Shown here one piece after another: positions 12,444 to 27,600 of a stretch of DNA of 64,000 nucleotides. The stretch covers positions 13,408,359-13,472,358 of the forward strand of contig OZ316893.1 of NCBI GenBank assembly GCA_973895155.1. Direction: 5' to 3'. The DNA comes from Marsupella aquatica. Lineage: Eukaryota > Plantae > Marchantiophyta. The translations under genes were made by a program, and so were the position numbers. Below the pieces are notes generated by a model. That model did no database searches and was not told the origin of the DNA. It saw only the letters and a program-made list of their open reading frames with translations. Numbering within the stretch: position 1 is the first letter of the stretch; each line of letters begins with the position of its first letter.

Positions 12444-15400
12444 CTCCTAACCAGATCCGGTCCGGTGGGAGCCTCGGCCTGAACGAACCTCACTGCAAGC
12501 CGACGGGCCCCTCGCCTTGCCCGGACCCGAACCATAATCACTTCGGCTCTGTGCCTTGGCACTCACATCGGGCAGGGACAATTTCCCCTCCCCGCCCACC
12601 CTTCCGCTCTTTTGGCTTTTACCTCTTGTAAACTAAGCTTTTCCCTGACCCGCCCCCGCTCGGTCAAAAGTCCGTAAAGTACAGCCCTGGAAGATTCCTG
12701 CCTACCCTAGGGCACTCACGCCGTGCCACCGGGCAAAAAAAAAACGCACCACACTGAAAGGCGGGTAGGCGGTATTGCTGTAGAAAGTTTTCCCACTTTA
12801 CAGTACAGTAATGATGACGATACGGAGAATATGCCATATTCGACCGTACAAGAGTTTGAAGATGCGTCCCCACGTCATTCTCATGATCACTCATTTGATA
12901 AAAAAAGCCATTTTAAATTTTCCTCTTGATAGCCCGGGGGCCGGGGGCCTGGCATTCCTGTGGCCCAGCACAAAGCTACAGGCCTGCCATGGCTGCCCAG
13001 CCCGGATTCAGATTCACCCACACTCAAAATATTTTCTGGGCCACATATTTCCGAGTAATGCGACAACGTCCACCATCCAATAGGTACTCGTTAAAAGATT
13101 TTGGGTTATTATTTAATAATAAATTTATTATAAACAGACCCTATACTGTAGACAATGTTATCTCCTTTCCCTTGAGAAATATATTTGATAAATATAAAAT
13201 TGAAAAGTGTTAATTGATGGACCCCATGAGACTTTATTGATTTAGGGTCCATCAAAAGTTAGGATCACTCATGGGGTACATCAAGTATATCTCTCCTTTT
13301 AGGGTACCTTCTTTGAGTACTCTAACCAAGTTTTTATGGATGACCTTGTTGAGTGGGCCCTATTTTAGGCACTCATTTCTTCCTAAACTGCCCAGGAAAC
13401 GTGGTGATGGATCCACTTACGTGTCATTGGGCCAGCCACCTTGCACTGCAAATTGTAAAGTGGGGTCATTTCTTTCATTCAAGTTTCAGAGCTTGGGACC
13501 TCAAGGGCTTAACACATAGATTTCTCTGTGTATAAATGTATACTAAAATTGAGGGCAAATTACATGCAAGACATCTCTTAGTTCTCTGCCATAGAGAGTG
13601 ACTTTTGGTTTGTTTTGGCTCTTTGGTCGCCTTGGGTTTTCCCCTTCTTTTCTCCCCTTTATTGGATCTCTTATTTTGGGTTTGATCTTCGAGATTGACT
13701 TGTCTGCAAGATGTACTCATTTTGTTCCTTGGCAAAGTGATATATATTTTCATTGAGAAGTTAAGCATGTCTGAGTCTCCAAGGTCATACGCATAAAGTG
13801 TTTTTCCCAGTTTCTAAACACGAATTACCTTCATTTCATTATGCCTGCTCCTTGCTGTTTTCATGTAGCATTATTTTTCTTATTCATTTTCATTGTGTGT
13901 TCTTCCATCTACCACTATGTATTAGTATTCTTACTTGAGGAGGTGTCTCCCTTTGTGAATTACTGTACACATTCTTATTATGTGTATTACTGTATGTGTT
14001 GGAAGACTCAATCCTACCTGCAATGTAAACCGTGTGGCAATAATTGCAACTAAACAGCCAGAATATGGTACAGAATATCCTTGGGTATATCCGCTCTATA
14101 ATATTAATAAATTAAGATATTCTATGATCATTTAATAGTTTCAGATAACTTGGCGGTTTTACTACCTTTAAAATCATACCCCATTATTGTATGCACACCA
14201 ATTGTTTTTTAAATTGGCCATACTGCAAGTCAACGAAGAGATGCTAACTGATATAATTTTCTAGATTTATTTATGCCAGTAAGTTAGATCTCGCTAAATT
14301 TAAGGAGAGCCATAGAAAGTGGTTCATGAGACCCTATATGAGACGAATGAGACCCAACGTGAGGCTAACTTTTGCAACTAAATATACCCTCGTATGCACG
14401 TCCACAAAGAAGTGCTCCATGTGGAAGTTCTGTGGGTCTCATTAATCATCCAATGATTGCACACAACTAATCAATATAAAAATACTGCAAAGAACAAAAG
14501 GGATCATGCAGGGAGACATACCAAAGGCAAAAAAACACTTAATCAGTTTTGTTACAATTACTGCCAAGGCTGTTGAGTAGATTGAATACGCAAGTGAGAA
14601 TCACAACACAAAGCAGAGGATATGAAAGTAAGAATAAGAGGGTCAATATCCCAATATCCAACCTGGAGGACAACCTTCTTTGGAGGCACCTGGACGGGAG
14701 AAGGCCAGACAATTGCTGCAAACCTTGAGACAGTTTTAGGATAGAGAACAAAAAGTTGTACAATGACACCTTCAACCCCATCTCATGGCTAGGGAAAAAT
14801 TTCACCATGTCATCAAATAGGCAGGGAGACTTCCAGCCACAATGACATTTTGTAAACTGACCACGAGAAAGAAAGAGTGGGATTGCACACATATTTTACT
14901 TTTTTCTGCACAAACCCAATGGAAGGGGGACCCAGAAAGACCATCAAAATAAAGGAACACCCTGGCAAGGGCAGCAGTGCAGAAACCCAAGGAACAACAC
15001 TCAGCCAAACTTACTAGGTGAAGGGGTCCCCAATGGAGCGAGACCAGGAGAAACAAACCAAGCAACTGTCAATACATTCTAATTGCCCATCACCCAGAGC
15101 ACAACATCAGCAACCACAAACAGTAAACCACAACAAAATCCTAGCTATGATTAGATCTAAGTGCCACCTCTAGTAGCCATTGTGCGCTAACCTATCAATG
15201 CAATTGCATATTGTGATGTTTAGATTAGTAAAGAGGGTTTTCATGGGTGCAGAGGTTTTTCCCCAGTTTGGTCTTCACTATTGGTTTCTTTCATTTACTG
15301 GGGAAAACTAAACCATTCAAATCCAATGTTTATACTGTGTTGATAATAACATAATTACCCCTGTAAGAGTAGATTAAGCAATTTCTGAAACAAATTCATC

Positions 15401-18170
15401 CCATTCAATGCTAAGGAGGTGCAAACACATGAGAAAAAATCCAAGAATATACAAGGAGATGCCCCCCTACAAGGAACATATAAAAAAATTACAAGAAAAC
15501 GTAATAAGACAATATTTGAAAGGGGGTTCCCTGACCATCTACTTACACACAAGAACCCATGCCAAACTAAGGCACTGGTGATGCACCAGTATATTAATCT
15601 TACTTGGTCTTTGATGTATGCTTGTCCAAAAAAAATAGAATAAATGGAAATTCTAACTGCAAAGTAGGAGCATAAGATGAGATCTGGCCCCACCCATTTT
15701 CAGTTGAAACCTTAGAGTCACATAAGGGGCCCATCCTAGATTGAACCATTCTATTCTTTAGAGGAAAAGAACGAGAAAGCACAATATCTACGTATAAAAG
15801 TGCGTCCTCCATTTGATACCGTGTACTTAGTAGGCTTTGGCCCACTTCTAATTGGATCACATATGCTGTTTAAGTACGTTCTTACTACAAAAGGCCTTTT
15901 TGGTAAGGTCAAGTGGTCCAGGCCCTCCTTGGACATGCATACTCAATTGAATTGGATATGACATTACATGCACGATACAATATTCTCACAACATGACAAG
16001 ACCAGGATGCAGGCCCTTATCAAAGCTACGAGATCAAAATAGACTGAGCTAATATCTAGTGTTCGAATTGTTTTGACAATATGGTCTACAGATCATTTTT
16101 GAGCCCCATCGTAATAGTGAGCTAAAGTTGGGTCAATAAATTAACCATGAGGTCTCGTTAGCTTAGGGTAGGGTTTTCCATTATCATATCGTGGAGGGAT
16201 CACTAGGAGGAAGAAATGATGCTCAACTAAAGTTCAGCCAAGTTTAGGTCTCTTTAAATTAGGGCAGGGCTTTCATTATCATATCTCGGGAGGGATAGCT
16301 AGGGGAAAAGAAGTTTCCATGGACTCAGCCAGTGAACCATGCAAACCCTTTTCACACCTTGGCTCACTTACACCTTTTTGTTTCCAAACAAAGTTTGACC
16401 TTCAATTTCTCCCTTGATATTCAATGAAATTGGTTCCTTTTGGGCTCGTTAGAAGTGGCTTGAAAACATATTTTCAACCAGCTTAATATCCCTAATTTCA
16501 TGAACATTTGAATGAGAGGGTTTTGGTTTACTAAAGGTTACTACAATCGCTCATTGTCCAAATGTGCGCTTCTGAACTTTGATTTTCAGTATCGCCCTTT
16601 ATATCCAATGTAATCTAATTTCTTTGAGATTGCTATAAAATTCTTAGAAATGTATACTTGGGGGTCTCACCTATATGGATGTCTCCTCATCACCTGTGAC
16701 TTTTTTAGGCCTCAGACCCCCTACAATGTAAGAAAAAAATCAATTTTCAACCCCTATAAAGTTAGAAAGACCCTAATGTTCTTATAATTCTCAAAATTGG
16801 ATTTAAATGACCCTATTTTTCTTCTGAGAAAATTCTTACATATTTCCTTCGAACCAATAAAATGACCCTATCCTTCGTCGCTTGTGATGTGCCAATTTTG
16901 TGGAAGTGAAACCCCCAAGAATATATATATCATTGAATATAATATTGTCAAATTTCATTTAAAATTGGGAGACCTAGTAAAATTGAAAGATGACTGACAT
17001 GCTTTCTTAACATGGCGATCCCTAAATATTGTCTCCCCCCAAAAGAAGGCCCAAGTGATTTTTTTTTAATGCCAAAACAAATATGACTCAGGCTGGGAAT
17101 CAGGACAAGAAAGCCATTTAATTTCAATTGGATCTTCTGGGTGCTCTACTGAAAAAGGAGAGCTTATTTGAAGGCAGGCAGTGTTAAGCCCACCAACACA
17201 TGTCCATTTCCATGGGTCATGCACTACACAAACAAGTCTGTGAAAGTACAATGAAAGAGGTTGAATCTTTAATATTATGATTTCAAATAGATAACCTTCA
17301 AAGGCTACTGTTATCAGGACTGTTATATTCAAAATGAAAAAAAACAAAGTTGGTCTTCCAGCAACAAGTGTTTTTTTTTCTCAATAGAGTTAAGAGTTTA
17401 ACAATGACGCACTCTCTTCAGGAAAGTGCTTATAAATGCACAACTGGACATTCTAATGGTAAAGCAAAGGCACAACTGGATGTTCTAAGTAATCTAAAAC
17501 AACATTGGGTGATTGAATTTAAAGCACATTCTCAAATAGAATCCCCAGGGGGATCTTTGGGAAAGTTTGTCATCACTACTTTAACAGAACTCACTGTGCA
17601 TTGCATTCAAATAGAGTGCGCCCAGGCGTCCTATTTGAAAACAATGGCGGTGTTTTTTTCAAGGATCCCAGCCAACAGCACTCTCTCCATTATAGAGCCC
17701 ATTTCTAACAGAAGTTTAAGGGGGTCATGTCAAGAACCTTATCTTTGAATACTAGACCCAGGGATTTGTAATCAAATAGAATGCCCAGGGCTCCAACAAA
17801 GGATCCAGTTTGGACACTTATTTCTCTATCACACAAACAAATTATTTTCATGATCAGGAGATTGTACAAATAAACTTACTCTTCGTAATCTTGGTTGGTT
17901 TAGTTTAGGGTTCCACATTCCTAATGGAAGCTGATGTGGTGGTCACTTACCTCTCTATCATAAAAGTGGACTCTATCTCGTGGTGTCCTTATATTAGTCA
18001 TATTGTATCTTTGGCTCGAGTAGTTTGATCTCAAACTACTCTCCCATCTAATGTGACTGGGTCCAATGATTTCTTTTGAAAGTTTCTCATGGGAATATTG
18101 TACTAACAAATTTATCTTCATATGTTTGGGTGTGGTTTCCTGATACTCCACATCTATCTATTAAAGCACC

Positions 18171-18219
18171 CTAGACCATAGGCCCTTATTGAAAGCTATG
18201 ATAAGGGCCTATGGTCTAG
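18171..18219. repeat. Perfect 19-bp inverted repeat with 11-nt spacer
   Basis: CTAGACCATAGGCCCTTAT (18171-18189) and ATAAGGGCCTATGGTCTAG (18201-18219). Confidence 0.9.
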
Positions 18220-21200
18220 AGTGAAGGCTGTAGACTGTGACTCTGGGGGCACAGCTACTGTAGGGGATGGTATAGGAACAGGCAGAGTTACGGTTGGGGA
18301 AGGTTTAGGAAAGGTTTAGGAAACAGACACACTTACGGTGGGGTGGAAGGCTTGACAAACTCACCATTTATTTATGATCAAGCTCGGGCTATTTACTAAT
18401 AGAAGCTGATGTGGTGACTATATCTATGTTTTGTTTTGTGGAAATAGCTTTATCATGGCCGGGATCATAGCTTTATTAACTTTGAACAGCATCACAAGCG
18501 CTACTGTAGCTCGCAAGGTGAACCAGATAACACACTAAGAAGGAGGTGAGCCCCAAGAAGCACCAGAAAGACGTTAATTCGGTACAGATGTGTCTGGGTC
18601 ACATATTTTCTGTAGTTATTAGACCCTTGTTCATTCTTCAGTGGGACTTAATTTTACTTGTTTATTAGCGGAAAAAATCCAGCGTGACTTGGTCCAATGG
18701 TGACTTTCTTTTTCAATATTTTAGTCCTAGTATTATAAGTTTAATGTGCACTTGAATACTTCCCATAAAAAGACCACAAAAGAGACTGCTTTTGTGAAAG
18801 ATGCCCATCGTGCAAGGCAGCATATTCTACACGTAGATTCACCACCAACATCCCATGGTGAGATATTGAAATTCCCACCATCTGCCTTGTGGGGTCTCCC
18901 TGGCCTGGCCTACCCTACCCTACCCTACCCTGCTCTGGCCATAGTTTGAGGGGGTGGTGCATATATATATATCATTCCACTATTTTATGCCTTGTGGTTC
19001 TCGTGGCGGGCCTGGAGGCCACAAGGCCCTTCCTTAATCCTTATGGTCCCTGCAAAATAGGAGATAGAAGGTGTGTGTCTTGTGAAGCCGGGTACGGTAT
19101 ACTAATCTGTGAGCAAACCTTTGTGTGACAAGATCTGGACCCAAGGGCAGATCACGGCGGGTTACCAACTTCTCCGTGCATTGAGAGACTGATGATAACC
19201 CATCTGGTGGCCGGACCGGCTGAAGGCTGTAGAGGATAGAAAGCGCAAGATTCCAATGAGATTTGCTGCACTTCTGGGAGATTGATTTTTTGCGGATTTC
19301 TGGTGACGCTCCTGACTATGTCTCTGTCTGTCTTGTTTGCCTGGGATCCACAAGAACATAAGGCCACCATGATTCCCTCTAGAGTAGGAGAATGATGGAT
19401 GGATGGGTGGATGTATTCAGGGATTGATTCGTGGTCGGAGAAAAGCACTGTAGATGGCGAGTTTTGGTGGCAGCTGGCAGGATTCTTGCCATGAAAACTG
19501 TGTACAGTCTTGATAAGACCAACCGCAGCAGGCTAGGAGCTTGCCACACTGCCTCGTGATAGTGTGTGATATCACCTTGCGCAGCACATGTCTGCATGCT
19601 TTCGTCCTTGCATCGTTCCAATCCTTGCGTGCCTGTCTGTCTCAAATGACAAGTTGCTTGAAACTTTGCCAAGCTCAGCCCAGCCAAGCCAAGCCCAACT
19701 CAACTCAGCTCAACCCAATGCTAGGTAGCCTTGATCTATGAGAATATGGCGTAATCTAAGGTTGCGGGCCAGCATGAAAATCCTGAAGTTGAGTATGCCT
19801 AACATGAAAAATCCTGTCTTGTGGTTGAGTAGGCTTAGGGGTAAGGAAGGTCTGGTCAGATCTGGTTTCAACTAGGGACCAATTTTGTCCTGTGCATACC
19901 TTTTAAGCTCTTTTTGGGTAGGTAGCCTTGGCCATGGATTCTCATGGGGCCTTTCAATCTAGGGGTGATAAACCAGACGTTACATATATTAAATGTATAT
20001 CAAAGACTAAAAAGCCCCAAACTGGTCAAACTGAGAAACAAGGTCCCAAAGGCAGGAGACCCAATATAAGGGACAAAACAAGGGACAAATCCAGGAAGAC
20101 CAAAGGGCCAAAACGCACAATAGCCAAAAAGCCCACGAGTCCCCAACAACAGCTAAGGAACTAAATGGCGTGAATCTATCTAAATTGCTCTCACCTGGGC
20201 CCAACTAGGCTAATTGAGTTCGTCATCTTTCTTGTGGAGGAGCAGCAGCGTAGGTCTCCGAGTGATTGAAGCAGGGCTGCAGTGCTACAGGAACTATGTG
20301 ACGAGTCTACTCAGGAGTAGAGCAGCAACGAGGAGACGCATCATATCTCATCCCTGCCGTGATCATTTTGGCTCTGTTGAGTCTATTGGCTTGGCTAGGC
20401 TTGCTTGCCTTGCAGGATTGCGTCTCTGATATCATGTACTAATCCACAATTCTCATGAGTTTCCATACTTGCACCATCAATCATCTCCAACACCGTGATG
20501 GTCTATACATTATCCTTTCATACAATATTTCCACTTAGCTCTCACCATAGATGGACAATCCATCGTCCTTTTGAACAGTAGATGAGTAGATCCGTCCCAC
20601 CCTCATCTCCGAGTGGACAGTATATGATCCATTTCTACAGTGTTTGTCTTCTATGCTTTGAATGATTTCGGACTTTTCTTGCTTGCTTGTATTGTCTGCC
20701 CTGCTTTACTTCTGGACGCTTTGTGTTTCTTTTGTCCCAAGATATTTTTTCAACACATAGGTCTGACACTTGTTATCTCCGGTATAAATGTGTCTTCCGA
20801 GTACGACACTTTGAGCCGAAAATATATGATTGCTTTAGTTCATTCAATGAGTACACTCTGTTCTCCACGATGAGCTGTGAAAAACACAAGGGGAACAATT
20901 TATTGCAAAAGGGCAAACAAAATACAACAATCATAATCCCTTACTGCAGTGCGAGTGACACAGTTGGTTTCTGAATTATGTGTCAGAAAAACAAGCCAAA
21001 GTCCAGCTTACAGAAGCAAGCCTTAGAAGCCTCAGAAGTGACCCACGAAAGGGAAGGTGTAAGAAACCGAAAAACATCGTTCTGCTAATTTCACACCCGT
21101 ACACAATAAACTTTCGGTAATCTTGCAGAAGTGGGACTCATGACAGTCTTCGGAATTGCTCTCTCATTTCTCTATTCTTAGCAGTAAACGTTCGGAACCT

Positions 21201-24200
21201 TTACAAACGAAGAATTGCTCTCATTCACTTCTACACGTTCCATGTTGTGGGCTTTATGGATCGTTTCCAGGCTCGTTGCATCATTTTTCGGCAGGATCAC
21301 TTTGTAAACAACGTTCCTAAAAGTCAGCCGAGCAGGGTTGTCTAAAGGGTCAGGTGGGGGGCTGGCGTCTTTGTGTGGAGGGGGGAAGGAGGGGGCGTCA
21401 TCCCAGCTACCTAGCTGCCGACTTGGCATTCCAACTGCGTATCATGCAGCCTCCATCATACCTGTCTGGCACACATTGCACACGAGTGAGCGTGCAACCA
21501 GCCAGCCGGCCAGTGGGTTTTTTCAGGGACCACCACCATCACCTCCACCACACCAAGCTCTAAATTTGCAAAGGTTTCACTCACCTCGTCACATGCACGC
21601 AACAGGCAGGGCTGGCAACTGGGCAGGTAACCATTTAAGAAACGCTTGAGAGAGAGGCAAGAAGGTCACGTACATACACCCAAGGGAACTGGTAAAGAGA
21701 ATGGCACCCTCATCTCTATACTTCGTTCCTCGGTCTCGTGCATCCTTGCTAGAGGAACACGTTTTATTCGGGCTGAACAGGAAGAGAGTCTCAGACGAGC
21801 TTTACTAAGATACCTCCGCCCCAGTATTTGAAACCATCTTGGACACATTGGTCAAATAAGACAGCTGTGGACCCTACATCCAACAGTTCTGGTCTTCCAT
21901 GGCCAGACAGTGGTCTTCCTTTGCCATTTGCCAAAATGAGAATGATGTCTAGATTTCTGATGAACTTCTTGTAGAGCAAACTTCGGATCCGGAGATTCTT
22001 TGACCAACCCGAGATCCTGCATGGGACCCCTTGCCCCACTTGAGACATTTAATAAATGTACTTGGGGAACCAAATGATTAACCATTTGTCATCCATTGCA
22101 ATGGTATCTTCGTGTCGGTGCCATACAATTTACTGTAGATTCCTGGTTCCAATAGTGTTCATATCTATCTCAAGGACGGTGGAGCTTCACAGACCCTCCC
22201 ACTCAAGAGGATGTGAGTTTTAAACAATAAAAAAATAAATTTGGTTTGTTGTGCATGCCTTGTTTTAATCTCGGATTTCCAGAGGGCAAACATATTGATA
22301 ATGGCAGTTTTTCTGCGTACAGCATCAATGGTTAATTGTTGTACTATCAGTATTATCAATGCACTGATTACATGTTTACATTTTGAAATCTGGTTCTTAA
22401 CTGGTAATGTCTAGCCGTTTGTGTGAAGTAATGTGAGATAGTCCTAGTTTTAACAAATAACAGCGGCGTAGACTGTAGAGAGTGCATTTCCTACTGGTAA
22501 ACGGGATATACGGCTAACGGTGTGTTGGCCATCCGACAAAACTAAATTCCATCAGACCTGGACAAAGAAATGTCTTCAGCTTGCAAAAAATACTTTGCAC
22601 CTGAAGCTAATCACAGCACCTCGTTACAGTCGACGAGGGAGCTAGTCATTGTATACAAACGAACTCTCCTGTGACACGGTCACAGCAAAACTAGCGAATG
22701 CATGCTCAGAAATGTAAGACTTTCACGTCACACAGGTGAACCAGCCGCCCACTATCCTGTGCAAAATTCAAGATAGAATACTTCCGTCATTCACATCATG
22801 TTTTATCTGAGGAAGCTTTTCCACATGCGGATCACGGCACTGATTCAATGATAACTGTTGAAATTTGAGAGAAATGTAATGAAAAACACATTTGCAGTCA
22901 TTTCAATCTCTAGGTCGAATTAATCTGGGAAAGTTCATACTTCTCAATGGATTTGTGAGGACCTACCTTGTGCTGGACAGATGCCAATGGAAGGCCAGCA
23001 AGTGACGGAGCTCGGGTTTTGCCAGCTCAGAAAGATTTGCCCTGGACAACAGAACATGATCTCGCCTCACTTGTCATGTTGTGCACCAACTTGATCGGCC
23101 TCCCATAAAACACTTCAACTGAAACGTTAACCGGGACAACTCTTACAATGCCCTACATATACTGAGTTTGAATGGAGTTCATCTCAATACAAATTCAGTA
23201 TAAAACCTGTAGTATATTCTGTAAGAAGTTCTCTATCCAAAGGCGTGAAGAGTTGCATATAAAATGACTGTAATAGAAGAATTTTAGAGCGGTGATTAAA
23301 CGCGGTTGCCCAAGTATGGATATAAGTGCTATGAATCGATTCTCTTTGGATAATTAAAGGGAATGCGTAAGGTTGTTCAACCCTCAAAAAGCACGAGCTA
23401 ACAATTGTTGAAAGACCATTAGCTAAACGAATTGTGCTGAGCTGAGGCTTTGCAATTATAGAAATATGATATCATGTAAAAATATATTCCATCCGCATAC
23501 CACCAGGGTAGTAAAATAAAAACTGATACAAACTATCAATCATAGGTACATCTACAGTATAATGAAGCCCAAACCCTGTGCTGCAGTCCTGGCCTCCAGT
23601 CAGGTACTGCTCCAATTGTGAAGGCGAGAGACTGGAAGATCCACAAATCTGGAGCAGATGCTGTTTTTCATTCATTAAGTTCAGAGAGACCCTGAAGTCT
23701 GCTCAGACTGCCATGAAGTGCCGACACAAAGTGGCTTTAGTAAAAAACTTTTAAGACCTCGGTGCATTTATGATGACGTGGTCAATGATCAATAACAGAG
23801 AATCTCAAGGATAAGTACAGGATGGCTGATCTAAAATCTTTTAAGTACTGTCTTTCAGTACACAGATCGTCCCTTCCAGGTGCGCCTCGCAAAACTCAGA
23901 AGACTATGAACAAGAGGAGCATATGATCAATGCTGGCGCAATGATGTGTCAATGGAATTCGGGACTGACTAAAAAAACTCCTGGCCCTGCTAGTTGTCGC
24001 ACGAGAATGATCACGCGAGAAGCAATGAAACATCCAACAAAACAGTGTTGGAAGTCAGAAAGTTTCTCGGCGTCCAGAGTCCTCATAAAACAGCCTAACG
24101 TATAATCCGTTGGCAGAACCAATCTGGCAGGAGTAAGTTGATAGCTATCCTACTTACAGGGAGTAAAAAACGTCCTTTGAAGCCAACCTTACAATGTTGC

Positions 24201-24636
24201 TCGGTAACAAAATCTACCCAGGAACACTGAAGGATCTTGCGACTTCAAGAGGTAGACGTGGCCTTGAACACAAGTTTCAGTACCATTCTCATCGTCAATT
24301 TATCAATGGACATCAGGATAATCATCTGGCAGGAACAAACTCAGAAGTTAACTTCAACAGGCACAACACATCTTGACACCTGCATCCAGGCTACCTTTCT
24401 TAATGATGCATGGCAAAAACTAAGGGGAGTTGGCATGACGAATTGTAAGAGTATATTGATATGCAGAGAAGCATGTAACCTTTCTAATCCTGCTTAGTAC
24501 ATGACCAACATTCACAAATCCATTCTCGACAGATCCACATAATTCAAGCAGCAACATTCCTCCTCTCCATCCATCTCATCAAATCAGGAATGAGACAAAT
24601 TAAAAATGAAAATTTGAAGTTGAATTTTATATGCTA

Positions 24637-27600
24637 CTATGAGCGGGCAGAGAAGAAATCATTTAATCCTAAGTTTGCATCTCCATGAGGAACAACGTCT
24701 TCAGGTTCTGGCATAAAAAGGCTCGTGGCGCTCGTCTGCATTAATACAAATTCCATGTGTCAACGAGGCTGATACTGATAAATTATAATGGAACTGAACT
24801 GGGTGGCATCCAGGAAAGACGCACTTAGTACCATTCCGAAACATTTTGGGTAACACCCTTGACAAACCCACACCGTATTAGGCCGAAATAGAATCAACAC
24901 AATTGTCAAAATATAGATTTCAGATACACACCCACTTTCTCCTGTAATAAAAGCAGATTTTCATTTAAGAGCAGACTCTGTACCCTTGGAGAAAATTAAG
25001 GTTGTACCTTGGTATCCAGCACCAATTCATTAGCGGTGCTGTCAAAATTGACCTGAGCCCCATGCGACCTGAGCCATTCGTCACAGTCATCAACACCATC
25101 TATCTCCTTCTCTTCACCTCCCGAAGTCACGATACCTGAGAACCCCAGAGTGCGCGCAATAAAACTAACTGGCAATGATGGACGATACGAGCGAGTCATA
25201 CACTTCACTGCCTCAAAACGCATCTTCTCCACATGCTTGTCTGCATAATGAAATTACATAAAGTTCACAAGTGCCCAAGGAGATCAGAAACAAACTACAT
25301 TAGGGAGCTATAGAGCTTGGCCAGCGAATAACAATAAGAACCTCCGCATAAACTATCATTAAAAACCCATGTCATTACACACTGAAATAAGGACATTTCA
25401 AGGTTCCTTCTTGTCACATCAGTCCAATGCATCGCTGTCGCTATCATGAATACAGATTCGCTTAGAGTCATACCCATCAGGTACGGACTCAGATTTGGAG
25501 CGGTTCTGTACAATTTGAAAAATGCTGTATAGTTTCCGAGTGATACGGCAGCTCGGACAGCTAGTGCGTGCTTAACTGCTGCATCGTTTCTTGCCTCCTT
25601 TGAGAGCCTGATGAATTCACACACTCAAACCGTCAATAATTAGTCAATTATCCTTCTCAACCGTCAACCATGCACATAAACAGTCGTCAACGTCCAGCAC
25701 CCTAGTTGTTTTCCCGGGGAACAATAAGAAGTGTAAATAAGCTAAAAGTCTTCAGCCAATGTCGCCAATGTCCAGCCAAAAAAAGAAAGCGTTTCAGGGG
25801 AAAAAATTATCCTACAGTAGTTACTGTGCACGGGGCGAATTGTTGCAACAAATTTCGAAATTCTACGACTTAACAGAAACAAAGAAAGTGTTAGGATACA
25901 CGAGATACTCGCAGCATACCTTGCCATGGTGGATAGGAGATCTCGACTGTTACCATGGTTGAAAATGATAAAAAGAAGACTATATCCAGTGAACTCATTA
26001 CGGCACCCTTTGATGCCTTCCCCATATAACCCCTTAAGCTGAGTTTGGCACTGCATTCATCCCGAGAGCCAATTACTAGGTTAGGATCTTGTCCATCACG
26101 CACAAAATACCTGACCAAATAAGTAGATTAGAAGACAACACCTACAGCAGCTGCCTTCCATATTGGAGCTCGCATGTACGATCGAATGAAGACTGGCTTG
26201 CTGGACACTCACCTGATTGTATTCCGGGAGGTCTCCCGACTCGAGAGCCATCCGTGCATGAGTCTCGTATACCTACCATGCAACCATATTCATTCAACAC
26301 CTTGGCCTTGACATCTGCTTAGAGATAGACTGCAAATATTTCTTGGGGCAAAACTGAAAGGGTGGGGTGCGACCAAAATGAACATACCTCCACAGTAAAT
26401 TCGTCTCGTATTCTTTGGACAGTGAGGTCCTGACGAATAGACTTCAGCTGCTCGCATCTGAACAGATAGCCCTTCGACGTACTTTGAACCATTAGTAACG
26501 CCTTCTTCAAAACCTCTTCTGGTCTAACCTGTTCCAAATAAACGTCACAACGTTAGACATGACAAGAAGACACCGACAATAAGAAGATCTGCAGCGTCCA
26601 CACGGGTACTACACATAAGACTGTATTTCAGATCCTCCAAAGCAAAGGAAAGAAAGGACGCCTAGTATAGAAAGAGGGACTGCTTCCCAAAACAATTGTA
26701 TTTAAATTTGAATAACAAAATTCTAAGTGTTGCACGACGCTAGAGTTTACACGATGAGAGAACACGCTGTTTCTGATTGTGACCGTCTCGTGATGTAGTA
26801 GCTTCAAATCCCTCTTGAAAGACTTACAGTGCTGGGGTCAGGAGCAGAAGTGAGCCTCAGATATCTCTTCTCAATCTCCTGACATGTGCCCTTTACTGTC
26901 AAGGAGTCCCAGTCAATATCCTCCACTGCGTGTCCGTTTCCATCTCCATAAATCCTTACCAATTGCTCAACTGTTGCACGCCTAGCATTTGCAGTGCCTC
27001 CTGGCTTTACCTTTCCTACAGTTTTAAAACCCACATTCGTTTCCTTCCCTCTATCAAAACGTTTTGTTCGACTTTGTCTTCTCTTTCTCTCGTCTGGGGT
27101 CTCTGCAGTAATCAACGATCCCAATATAACACCCCCAAGGCCACTATTTTCTGTCTCTCCCTCACTCTCACTGGAGCTGCCAGCCCCGTTGAAACCCAGG
27201 CCGGATATTCGACGACCTCTCTTGGAACCTCTTTGAACACGGTTTGCTAGACTTAGATGTGACTTTTGTTGCTGTACAGATTTTATTCTATTCCAACTCC
27301 CATCCCGCTTGTCCCACTTGGGTGGCGAAACCTGCAGGTACACAAGTTAACGTCCTTGGATTAGAGTGTCAGCTGATGTAAACCTACAAATAAGTGCGTC
27401 ACAACGGTACTCAAGAACACGATTTCTCACTCCAGGAAATTTCCCGGCCCATTACCGCACTGGTCAGAACGACTCAGCATTTCTTCAGGGCTAAATTTCT
27501 TTGGTCACAAGTTGATGTGTCAGCAAAAGCAAACGATAGCAGGTGAACATCCACACGGGACAAATTGTTTAGAAAAAAAACGCCCAGAAATAATAATAAA

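Noticed and set aside
13500-20460. Several A-rich or T-rich tracts resembling old LINE 3' ends (13500-13750, 14480-15130, 19980-20460)
   Set aside because: No TSD or recognisable coding remnant to support specific calls.
21000-22200. Coding-looking short ORFs on both strands
   Set aside because: No recognisable domain and no consistent exon chain could be built.
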